Both the position numbers and the translations under genes were made by a program. A stretch of DNA of 64,000 nucleotides from Cycas panzhihuaensis (lineage: Eukaryota > Plantae > Cycadophyta), in NCBI GenBank assembly GCA_023213395.1, contig CM041465.1, positions 121,031,741 through 121,095,740 on the forward strand, read 5' to 3'. The notes under the pieces were generated by a model that saw nothing but the letters and a program-made list of their open reading frames with translations, made no database searches and was not told where the DNA came from. Below, in pieces: positions 1 to 11,655 of this stretch (its first letter is position 1; each line of letters begins with the position of its first letter).

Positions 1-2161
1 ATGATGTAAGGAACGTTTGATGAAAACAACAAAAAAGGGTTCCTTTTAACCTTCAAGATCTGATGAAGTGATGAAGCCACAAGAAAGGTGTACTCAAGAA
101 ATGCTCCAAAGCCAACACAAACTCCACGCTTGAATTGTTGAGACTTAAAATGTCTCAACAATCCAACAAGAAAATTGTGATTTTATTAAGTTTCACAATG
201 AGCCTTTCCCTTTTTGAACTTAAGAAGGCCAAGGTCACCAACAAGATGCCAAAAAAATGAAGTTAGGTGGTAATTTTCTTCACCTTTACAATGTAGATAT
301 GCCTTTTGATTACATTAATTAAGCTCAATGATGCTTTAATAGCATGAAAGTGTGCTAAAAGAGCTTAAAACAGTAAGTACGAAAAGGTACTTTTAAGAAC
401 CACTTAAAAAGACTTTATAAGTGAGATTAAATCTCACTAAAAGAAAACAGATTTCTTAAGGTAATTAAGGCTGCCAATGTCTGTAAAAAAAAAAATTTTC
501 AAGTAGGCCCAAATTATAAAAACTTAAAGTCTTTTAAGATTCCCCTTTGAGAAATTTAAGTAAAAATTCTCTTAAAACCTTAAAAATTTGATTCTCATGA
601 GCAAATGGGCATTTTGTTAAAAAAATGCTATCAAGAGGTTGATTTTTCAATCTTTGAGCGCACTCTTTGTGTCTTGACTCAACAATGTCTTGACTTGGCT
701 TCTTGACTAAGCGATGTCTTGAGTTAATTTGTCTTGACTAGGCTTTGATTTTTAACCTTTGGTAGGCGGTGATGATTGTCTCCGAGTTGGCGAGTCTGAG
801 ACTTGCTTCTTGACTAAGCGATGTCTTGATCTCTTGAGTTGGCGAATAATGGCACCGAGAGAGCGACTTCTTGTTGAGCATGAGCTGGCGGTGATCTTGA
901 GTTGGCACGGTGGTAGCGATGATGAAGAGTTGTACCGGCAGCGGTGATCTTGACTTGGCACGGTGGTAGCGATGATGAAGAGTTGATTAATTTGGCGGTG
1001 ATCTTGACTTACGGTGGTAGCGATGATGAAGAGTTGGCCGATTTTGAGATGATGCATTGAGTCTTGACTTCAATGAATGGTGGTACAGCCGATTTGGAGA
1101 TGACTGTATCGAGTGTTGACTTCAAAGAATGGTGGTTGGTGAACGATTTGGAGATGATTTGTGCTTGAGTCTTGACTTCGACAATGAGCTAAGCCGAAAC
1201 CTTCTTGGTGAGCCGATCTTCTTGGCGATTTGATGCTTGAAATGAGCGAGGCCGGTGGCGGTGATGAAGACCGCCCACCGCCGATTGGACGATGGATGAC
1301 AATGCAGCGATGATTGGACGATGTGAGTCTTCTTTGTGCATGAAATGAGCGATCTTGAGTTGGCATGCTAATCGGGCAATCTTGCTAGCTGGACAGCTTG
1401 AGTTGGACGACTTCTTGATTGGGTAGCCTTCGACTAATTTGGGCCGGTTAGGCGACTTGGCGACTAGGCAGCTCACTCGGCTGGGTCGAGCAGTCCTTGC
1501 ATGCGAGTCCGTAATGCATGAAATGGGGTTTCTTCAAGTGCGAGGAGGATAGTCCAAAGGTGCAGATTTCAAACGGATGAGATAATAAACTAACAGTGCC
1601 GAAACAAACTAAGTTCAGAAACCTTTCAGCTCCGATACCAAATGTGAAAATGGGCATTAGGCCACATTAGTCCCAAGATCATAGGTAAAAGCACAATACT
1701 ACAAATGCATGAAGCATAAAACATAAAGAACACAAAGAGAAATAGGAGCAAGATCAAGATATCAGAAATGGGAGTTGGAATTAGTCCAACCACCAAAGAA
1801 TGCTTGACTTGATTAGCAAACTGACAGAATAACAATGAGCTCCTCCTCTTATGATGAGCAACAATGAAGAGAGGCCTCTTTAAATAGAAGAAGATGAGAG
1901 GCCAAAGGCTATTGCATGATTGACAAGTGTCAATCATGCAATGCATGCTTGCATGTAGGACAAGTGTCCATTGGGAGCTCATGTGAGCAAAAGTGCAAGG
2001 GGGTCTTTTGACCCTTAAGTTACAACGTTATGTCACTAGACATAAAGTGGGTGTGTACTTTATCACTTAAGTGATAAAGTTACACCTAAAGTACAAAAGT
2101 GCACACATAATACAAGAATAGAAAGTACATTAGCTTAACATTATAAACATAAGGTAAACCA
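1..2161 (-). mobile_element. 5' end of a Copia-type LTR retrotransposon (5' LTR 1643-2161, PBS, repetitive 5' UTR), continuing out of the window
   Basis: Minus-strand LTR (TG...CA) resembles the LTR family at 4658-5236. It is followed by an iMet PBS TGGTATCGGAGC (plus 1629-1640). Confidence 0.75.
670..1125. repeat. Degenerate tandem repeats in the retrotransposon 5' UTR
   Basis: Recurring TCTTGA(C/G)T motif; three copies of ACGGTGGTAGCGATGATGAAGAGTTG at ~907, 960 and 1011. Confidence 0.8.
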
Positions 2162-2299
2162 TGAGGTTTAACAAGTACCACATTCATACATTGATAAATA
2201 AGAGCAGAGATGAAATGAAAATAGATTAACAACATAACTTGGTGCAAAAATCTAGTAGTTTACAACCCTCTTCGAGGCAAGAGCGATTCTCCAACAGGC

Positions 2300-5236
2300 T
2301 GTTAAACCTTATGTTTAAATGTTAAGTGAATGTATTTTTATTTTTCATGTAATATATGCACTTTATACTTTAGGAGTGACTTATCACTTAAGTGATAAAG
2401 TGCACACCCACATTCTTTCTAGTGACACAACGTTGTCACTAAAGGGTCAATGGACCCTCATGCACCTTTTTGAGTAATCCAAGTGATGTATGTTGGATGT
2501 TTGACACTTGTCAAACATCCAAGGCCTTGGTGAGGGAGATTGCTCAGGATTTTAAAACGGATCTGAGGTTCCAAACGACGGCCGTGGCGGCTTTGCAGGA
2601 AGCTTCGGAGGCTTATTTGGTAGGGCTATTTGAGGACATTCGGGTGTACTGCGTATATGCACATACCAGATCAACAAAGAACTAAGTTGGACAAACATAG
2701 CCTTAAATGCATCTTTGTAGGATATGCAATCCATAGCAAAGCCTATAAGTTGTATGATCCAGTTGGGAGAAAAATGCATCTCTCAAGAGATGTAATCTTT
2801 GTTGAGGATGATAAAAAAGAGTTGGATATGGCATCAATCCAACCCCCCATTGACAAAGGGAAAAAGATTGTTGAGGACTTCCCTTCCCCTCAATCTTTCA
2901 CACCATGTTCTTCATCTGCACCTTCTGTACCATCTACTTCATCTTCATTTGATCCACTTGAACCTTCCACTTCATCTTCTGCTGCTCCTACACTTAGACC
3001 AGAAGATATTGAGGTTCATGCCACATCATTTCAGAAGTTACCTAAGTGGTACACTCATGCGGTACAGGATGGTCACAGCATTGAAGGAAACGTCCATCAA
3101 AGTTTCGAAGAAACAAACTTTGCACTTATGGTCAAGTGCTTTCTATTGATGAGCCTACTACCTTTTCGGAGGCTTCACAAAGAGAAAGTTGGAAAGCAGC
3201 CATGGATGAGGAGATTCAATCCATTCACAAGAATGGTACTTGGGACTTGGTCGAATTGCCTCCACACAAACAGGCAATCAGTTGTAAATGGGTCTACAAG
3301 ACCAAATTCCATTCTGATGGGACACTCAAGCGACAGAAAGCTAGACTTGTAGCAATGGGGTTGAAACAAAAGAAGGAATTGATTACGAGGAGACCTTTGC
3401 ACCTGTAGCAAACATGAACACCATCAGACTTCTCTTGGCCTTAGCTGCACAATGCAAATGGGCCGTCTATCAAATGGACGTGAAGCGCCTTCCTCAGCGG
3501 CGATCTTCAAGAGGAGGTATACTTGGAGCAACCTCCACGGTTACAAGGAACAAGGCAAGGAGCATTTAGTATGTCGCCTCAAGAAGGCTTTGTATGGCTT
3601 GAAGCAAGCTCCTAGGGCATGGTACGCAAAAATCGATGAATACTTTTTGAGACATGGGTTTCATCGATCCACATCCGATCCAAACTTGTACATCAAACAT
3701 GAACATCACCATGTCACTTATATTGCCTTGTATGTAGATGACTTAGTGATCACGGTGATGACACTAAGCTCATCAATGTTCTCCAAGATGACTTGAAGAG
3801 AAGTTTTGAGATGGTGATCTTGGACTTCTCCATTACTTTCTAGGCTTTGAGGTATGGCGTGACGGTGTATCTTCATTTCCCAAGCAAAATATTCTTGGGA
3901 CATCTTGCGAGATTCGGGATGCACGATCGCAAGACAGGCGCCTACACCCATGGAGAAACGGCACCAAGCTTTCCCTTAATGAGGAAGTGAACCCAGATCC
4001 ACACTTTACCGGCGGTTGATTGGGAGTCTCATTTATCTCACCAACACTTGGCCGGATATTTCATTCTTTGTTGGGATTTGCTCTCGTTACATGTCTCAAC
4101 CCAATCGATACATCGAATGCAAAGAAAACGCATACTCAAGTATATCAAAGGAACATTGCGCTTGGACTTGAGTATGTACATAAGGAGAACTTCACTTTAG
4201 AGGGGTTCTCGATTCGATTAGGTGATGCCGGGATAGCGGAAATCTACCTCGGTTCTTGTTTTACCCTTGGTTCAAGAATTGTTTCATGGAGTTGCAAGAA
4301 GCAACCAAATGTTACCTTGTCCTCCAGGCAAGCAGTACAAAGTCGGTCATGACTTGTGAGGCTATCCGCCACGGATTCTTGGTGAGCTTGGATTTCGGCA
4401 GTTGACCGACCTTCATTGTGACAATCAAAGTGTCCTCAAGCTAACTAAGAATCTCGCTTTTCCACGACGACCAAGCATATTGAAGTTCACCACCATTTCA
4501 TCGGGGAGCATGTACACGGTGAGATCACACTTCAATATCGACCAGCGGAGGAACAGACGGCAGAGATATCTTTACCAAGCCACTTGGTAGAGACAAATTT
4601 GTAAAATTCAGAGATGGTCTTGGTGTCCGACTTAACATTATAAACAGTAAGGGGGGGTGTTAAACCTTATGTTTAAATGTTAAGTGAATGTATTTTTATT
4701 TTTCATGTAATATATGCACTTTATACTTTAGGAGTGACTTATCACTTAAGTGATAAAGTGCACACCCACATTCTTTCTAGTGACACAACGTTGTCACTAA
4801 AGGGTCAATGGACCCTCATGCACCTTTTTTGAGTAATCCAAGTGATGTATGTTGGATGTTTGACACTTGTCAAACATCCAAGGCCTTAGGTGAGGATCCA
4901 AGCACTTTTGCTCATGATCCAAGTCATGTATCTTGGATGTTTGACACTTGTCAAACATCCAAGGCCTTAGGTCTCTCATTTCACTCTATATAAAGAGACC
5001 TCTCCTCATTGTCTCATAAGGAGAGTTGGAGCTGTATTGTTATGCTATCAGTTTGCTAATCAAGCTGTTTTCCTCTTGGGAGGTTGGACCAATTCCAACT
5101 CCACATATTGGGTATCATTTTCTCTTGCTCCTATTTCAGTTTGTGCTCTTTATGCTTTCATGCTTTCATGCATTTATAGTATTGTGATTGTACTTATGAT
5201 CTTGGGATTAATGTGGCCTAATGCCCATTTTCAACA
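2300..5236 (+). mobile_element. Young, internally deleted Ty1/Copia element (truncated 5' LTR, IN C-terminus, RT, RNase H, PPT, full 3' LTR 4658-5236)
   Basis: TSD CAGGC at 2295-2299 and 5237-5241. 2300-2528 is essentially identical to the start of the 3' LTR. Peptides [49 protein letters not shown] at 4646-4657. Confidence 0.93.
2527..2638 (+). pseudogene. H3: Histone H3 coding fragment (~37 codons) inserted in the Copia element
   Basis: Translates to [37 protein letters not shown], a clear H3 histone-fold segment. Confidence 0.95.
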
Positions 5237-5479
5237 CAGGCACGAGGCCCTAATGGCATGAAGCCATTATACTAAACATAACAAAATTCTCCAAGAATGC
5301 TTTACAAATGGGGAAAGCTTCTCTATTTATAGCCTTCAAAATCAAACTCCTATTTTTCCCTCTAGGAAATCGACTTCAAAATGAAACAAAATAAATGATT
5401 CTTTTTTTAATTCTCCTAAAAAGCGACTTCCTAATAATACTTTCTTCTATAAAACTAACATCATCCTTATTTTAGGAAT

Positions 5480-6200
5480 GCTACATCGAGGTCCATCACT
5501 TCATCAGAGAGCATGTGTAGAACGGTGAGATTGATCTTGTCTATAGGCCAATAGATCAACAACTAGCAGATATCTTTGCCAAATCACTTGGTAGAGAAAA
5601 GGTTGAGATTTTTAGACATGGCCTTGGGGTTAGACTTAACAATATAAACATTAAAGGCGGGGGGGTGTAGAACCTTATATATTATGTAAGTATACACCCA
5701 CATTTACTAGTGTTGTATTATGTTGTAATTTATGTGTCAATGGACTCTTTATTTGCACATATGCATGCATGATTGAACAATTGTCCAACATGTGTAGAAC
5801 CTTTATGTTTTAGTGTTAAGTTATGTATTATGTAAGTACACACCCACATTTTCTAGTGTTGTATTATGTTGCAACTTATGGGTCGATGGACCCTTTACTC
5901 TCTTTTTGCATATATGTATGCATGATTGGACAATTGTTCAACATGCAAGGTACTTGTATGCATGTTCGACACTTGTCGAACATGCAGTACCCCAAAGGGG
6001 AACCTTTTCACCTATATATATGAGATCATTTTCTCATGTATGATATAGTGAGAGTGAGATGTATTATTATGCTGCTGAGTTGAATACAAGTTAATCTTAT
6101 TGGAGCTAGGATCAATTTCTCCTCTTCCATTTCGTATTGTACTTATGTGCTTGCTCATTTTTAGTTTACTGTTGATGCTAATAATCTTTATCTAGTTATT
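5480..6200 (+). mobile_element. Copia 3' remnant (RNase H tail, PPT, LTR from 5666 with duplicated start)
   Basis: HHFIREHV and QQLADIFAKSLG-like peptides; G-rich PPT 5653-5665; TGTAGAACC LTR start repeated at ~5793. Right boundary approximate. Confidence 0.7.
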
Positions 6201-6204
6201 CATT

Positions 6205-9200
6205 GTTTCCAAATGATCCACAATCATCAAGGTTGTGAGGACTTTCAACCACTAAATCTAATACTACCCTTGGTACCATTTGAAAAATGGGGTCTTGATT
6301 TTGTTGAGCCAGTTAAACTAGTAGCTCGACGATCCCAAGCTTGATGTATCTTAGTGGTTACAAATTATATGACCAAATGGGTAGAAGTAAGACTACTGAA
6401 GAAAGTAGATGTTGATAGTATAAATAGATTTCTATATGAAGTGATCATAGCACAATATGGTTGCTCTTTGGAGATAGTAAGCGACTAGGGATCACTTTTT
6501 CTGAATCAAGTGATGGAAGAATTGACATAAAAAATTCTAATTAGTCATTGTAAATCAATGCCCTGCTATGCCAAAGTAAATGGACAAGTAGAAAGTTTGA
6601 GCAAGATTACTGAGAATTGCTTACAAAAAATCTATGATGTGGGAAGGTCAGACTAGGTGGAAAGGCTACTAGCAATCTTGTGGACTTTTCTTATGAACTA
6701 CAAAAGAGCTGCAGGATAGACACCATTCTAGTTAGTTTATGGGATGGAAACCATCATTTTGGTCAAGTTTGAATTGGCAAGCCTTTGAGTAGCCATGACT
6801 TGTTGACTCAATGATGTAGATTTCCTACGAGAACAATTGCAACAACTTTTGCAACTAGAAGGAACCAAGTATAAAGCAAAGTGGTTGTAGAATATCGAAA
6901 AGATGCGGAAAAAGGTGTGGCATGATTGCCAGCTATAGGCACTTGAATTCCAGAAACGAGATCAAGTATTGTTGTACGATAACAAATTTTGCACACACCT
7001 AGGGAAATTGAAGGTAAGGTGGATCAAACCATACCTTGTGGATATGATTTTCACTAATGGTTCAATACGACTAAGAGAAATTGATGGATAACAACTACCA
7101 ACAGTGGTAAATGGTAGTCAATTGAGACCCTACCACAATTGGAGTATGAAAAATCTACCAGAGGAATCAATTGGTTGTACCATAATGTGTTGCTTGAAGT
7201 TGGAGACAATTGAGGTTGCCTTGGTACTAGAACATGATTCCAATCTAGTACTTGAAAATAAAAATACAAAAAAAAATAGAAGAAAAAAAAAACTGTAACT
7301 CAAATCATACATCTAAGCAACACCATCATATGGCAAGTGTTTGAAAGAAAAAAACAAAAAAAGAAGATAAGAATATATATGGGTAAAAAAAAAGGGCGCA
7401 ATGAAAATATATAAAAAGAGATATTATTATTGTGAAAAAATAGGGTGGGGGGATATTATTTTTTCTATTAAAAAAAAATTGAGGATATATATAAAAAGAG
7501 AAAAAAGGATATTAGATTAAAAAACAAAAAGAGGGGAGAGTTTAAGTAAATGTTATTTCAAAAATACTCTGCGTTTTAATAATGAATGATATTGAGAATG
7601 CATAAAATAAAGGAATGCATAGTGCACTTTTGCACTATACATTCCTTTAAGCATTTCGACATGAACACACAACAGAACACCCAAGAATTAAAGTGAATAC
7701 TTAATTCATTTTTGGCGTCATTTTGACAAGAGTGAGTTCTAGAGTGATCAACACCATCATGAGCAAGCATCCCAGGCAGTTTGGTAGAGAAGCAAGCATC
7801 CAAATTGACATATGTTCTATAAGCGAACACATGGAGCATACCTCTGGTTTGTCCACTAGCAAACCCTAGTTTTTGTGTTTTCATCTTCTTAGTGTTAGCC
7901 ATTGCTTGTTATTTTTCCATTTTGTCCAACATGAAGACCACAAGGTGCAAAGAAAACCATCTGACAAAGTTCAAGGCCGAGTTGGATGGGTTGCCAACAG
8001 CTTTTAGGGCCAAGGTTCTACAGGCAGGTTGGGGAGAATACATTCACCTAGATCCATTGTATTGAGACCCATAGTTGATGGAGAAAATATTGCTAGAGTT
8101 GAAGAAAAATATGGGGCGCAACTAACTAGATAATAACATAGTGCATTCACTCATAAGACTTCCTAAGGAGGGGGATGTCTTAGCTGCCACAAAACAATCA
8201 TGGTTAATTTTGAAATTTGGGTGAAGTAGATCTGCAAGGAGCACACCCAAATATTCTCCGATGGAATTAGAGTTGTGGACATCATGGATGTGAGGTTATA
8301 ATGGGTGGTAAAGGTGATTGTCACCCAATTCTTATCAAAACAGAAGCGTACATACATTTGAGGGGGAATGATGCCAGTGTTGTCATAGTTTTATGATGCA
8401 TTTCATTTAAATTGGTCAAAATTTTTGGCATCAAATGCAAAACAACAAATAGTGAAATTAAACATCCATCCCTTCCAATATCTTTCGTTGTTTTTGGTCA
8501 TCCTGTCGCATTAATGTACGAGCACAACCACTAAAACAACCCATTCGACAAGATGAACCATTAATAAAATAGTAGGTGGTATCTTTTTTGGAGAATATTT
8601 AGGACGTGGACAAAAGGAAGAGTGAATGAAGAAATGGAAAGGGTGTTGAAATGGCTATAATAAGCACCAACCAGCCTTATTTATTACCAATCCAAATAGG
8701 TGGTGAAAAGCAATGCCAAACAGAGGCATGGGGCAGTGGAGGAGGAAAACATTGAATCCAAGCCCTCATTGGAGGAATGGACACAATGGAGGAAGAATTC
8801 CCTCCTATCACAGAATTGGAGAAACATCCTCTTAGTAGCAAGTTTCTATGGAAGGGAAGAGTTGATAGATCATCTAGATGGTGGAGGAATTGGAGGTAGG
8901 TTAGAAAGTGGAGATTGTCGCTTTAAAAGAAAAATTGAAGGATAAAGATACTATTATTGCCACCCTCACAAATCAATGAAGACATATTAAAAGGCAATGA
9001 AGCTACGACATATGTAGGGCAACAAGAGAAACCTTGATGCAGGTGGGGGAGAGACAAAATCCAAAATTTTGAAATTGAGCAAGGATGCTCAGCCCTTTTT
9101 GTTCACTTGGGATAGATGTTGGGGTAAAATTTGGTACTTATGTGCTTTTGGACAATGGAAAATTAATAAAGCATGTCTAGCTTAATCTGATGAGTGCAAG

Positions 9201-9860
9201 AACGCATCAACCAAGGGTCATATAGAAGAACGTAGGATAGAAACTAGGGAAAACTGCCAAAAAGGGGCTCTTAGTGAACACTTGATAGGTTGTGTTCCCA
9301 AATGGAATGCAACACAATCCAGAATGTATGCGGAGCACACCTTGAGGAACACATGTAGTGCACAATCCAATAAGAAAGATATGCTCTAGATCTGCTAACG
9401 TTATTCATGGACATACGCTTGTACGGTTGAAAGGATGTATTAAGAGGTGTAACTAATGAGTTATCTGAAAAATGTGCAATTTGTTATGAAAAAGAACGAT
9501 TGTGACCAAAAGTCACAACTGCTCCCTAAAAGGCATGCATTGGTGCATTTAATGTTCATTTCTCCACCATTTTGGTGTGAGAGCTAAGTTAGTCAATTGT
9601 ATATCATGTTTCTAATGGGGAATGTATATAGAAATGTTCTCCAAATGATGTAAAATCCATTGGACATTGGTATTACTTAAAGAGATTACGAGTTGCATGG
9701 AACATGTGTACTTTGATCATGATTGTGATTGATTTATGAGTTTATGCTATGATGTGATGATCGATATGATGGCATTGTGATGTTATGATGATGTGCTTAT
9801 GCTATGTGAATGAATTGATGAGTGTATATGGCATATGTGTGATATGCTATGAAACTGACA
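6205..9860 (+). mobile_element. Degenerate Ty3/Gypsy 3' half (integrase, long 3' region, LTR from 9117)
   Basis: PFEKWGLDFV and YMTKWVEV integrase peptides with stops. Post-integrase and pre-LTR sequences resemble the element at 21793-27573. LTR right end approximate. Confidence 0.75.
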
Positions 9861-10721
9861 CGTTGGCCAAACCCTAAGTAGACTACTTGAAAGTGTCCCT
9901 TGACAAGTGTACTTCCTAAGGAGCAGAAGTAAGATCAACATTAAGCAAAGGAGAAACAACCAATGTTAGAAAGCCAAAGTGTCAACAATTTGTAACTACT
10001 CTTGTAACTACCCAATTGTAGTTAGTAGCTTCATAGTTGTTGTCTCAACTATTTGTTGTCACAGTTTTTTTGGGAATATTTTGACCAAAGTTGCTTTGAC
10101 CTACACTAAAGTTCCTTTTTGCCCTTGGGTTTGCCATTCGACATAATACTTGAAAATTTTCTTACATCAAACAAATTCTAACATCATAACAATTTTTGGC
10201 AACTTGAGTCATATTTCACTTTACTTGACCATAGTGGTGTGGCTTCAGATGTGCTTCAGTCTAGTAGTACACTTATAGTAACCCTTGAGTTGTATAATGT
10301 GACACCAATAAAGTTGAATCATTTGTTAGAGTATGCAAGTAGACTCATAAGGCTAATAGGATATATATAAACCTAGTGCTTTGGGAAATATAGGCAAAGA
10401 CTCATAATGATTATATATTAATAAAACAACATGTTATACACTACTTTAAATCTTAAACTAGACAAGCCTATATGATTCTTGAAGGATAACATTTTAGGAT
10501 TGGTTTTTGGAGGTGGATAAACTTAAGGCTCAAGGGATTGAATTGATGGATGTGAATCAAAACCTCATGCCTAGTTTGCCATGAATCTTTGTATGCTTGT
10601 GTATTTTTATGATGGCTTATATGTTTTGGATCATGTTTTGAATGGGTATGTTTGTAATATTTTTTTAGCATTTGGAGGACAACATTCTAATGTATTGTAA
10701 ATTTTATTGTGTGTTGTATAG

Positions 10722-10893
10722 TCAATTGTATGTATTGGGAAAACAGATTTCCTCGCTTGTTGTCAAACAAGAATATGCAAGATCTAATGAGGTCATCAAG
10801 CCGACTCGTGGGTGTAGCTGATATAACTTGTGATATTGGGGGTTCAATTGAATGTCTAAATCATGCAACACAAATAGAATGCCCTTTCTTCAG
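10722..10893 (+). CDS. LKR/SDH: Internal exon of bifunctional lysine-ketoglutarate reductase/saccharopine dehydrogenase (alpha-aminoadipic semialdehyde synthase)
   Basis: (V)NCMYWENRFPRLLSNKNMQDLMRSSSRLVGVADITCDIGGSIECLNHATQIECPFFR matches the plant LKR motifs NCMYWE.RFP and DITCDIGGSIE. AG acceptor at 10720-10721 and GT donor at 10894-10895. Confidence 0.92.
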
Positions 10894-10974
10894 GTATCAT
10901 TATCAACCAAACTTCTAATTGTATGCTTTTAATGTAGGTATTTTGAACTCTTATTTATTATTGAAATAAAAGCA

Positions 10975-11655
10975 TACATTGGTATGCAAAATTATTCTCT
11001 AAGCAATGATAATGGTAAAATTGAGCATATGTAACTTGCCTTGCTTGGAAATAATTGTGACATTACACCATGTGAACCATTGTTGATAATCCATCATTAA
11101 TTATTTTGAGCAGTTATTTGTTATTAAAAGAAAAATGAAACATAGCATGTAAAGTCATTCTCTAAGAGAGGCTAATAGTGGAGTCAAGCATATGTTTTGC
11201 CCTATTTGCAAATAAACATGGCATTCAACCATGTGAGCTACTATTGATAACCCATCATCCATCGTTTCAAATGAAAGCCTTGAACCCTTGAAGGTGTTGT
11301 CATCTTTTATCTAAGTTGTTTTTGCTTTTAGGTGTGTTTCATATTTAAGCTCTTGATCTTTTGTGTCTGTACTTTCCTTCCCATTGTTATTGGAAGAAAT
11401 CAAACTTAGTATGCAAAATCATACTTTTAAGTAATGCTAATGTTAGTGTATGTAACTTGCTTTGTTTGCAAAGAATTGTGGCATTACATTATGTCAATTA
11501 TTATTGATAATCATTCATTCATTTTCTTTGAGTTAAATCGTTGAACCTTTAAAGGGTGTTTTCATATGTTATCTAAGTTGATTGTTTCTTATAGGTGTGT
11601 CTCTAAACTAAGCCATTGATCTTATCATTTGTACTTTCCTTCCCATTGTTATCTT
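10975..11655. repeat. Old degenerate direct repeats in intron sequence
   Basis: GTATGCAAAAT...TATGTAACTTGC block at ~10982 and ~11409; TGTACTTTCCTTCCCATTGTTAT at ~11368 and ~11630. Confidence 0.6.

Noticed and set aside
2470-2685. 71-aa ORF as a functional histone gene
   Set aside because: Only ~37 H3 codons, flanked by LTR-derived and out-of-frame integrase sequence.
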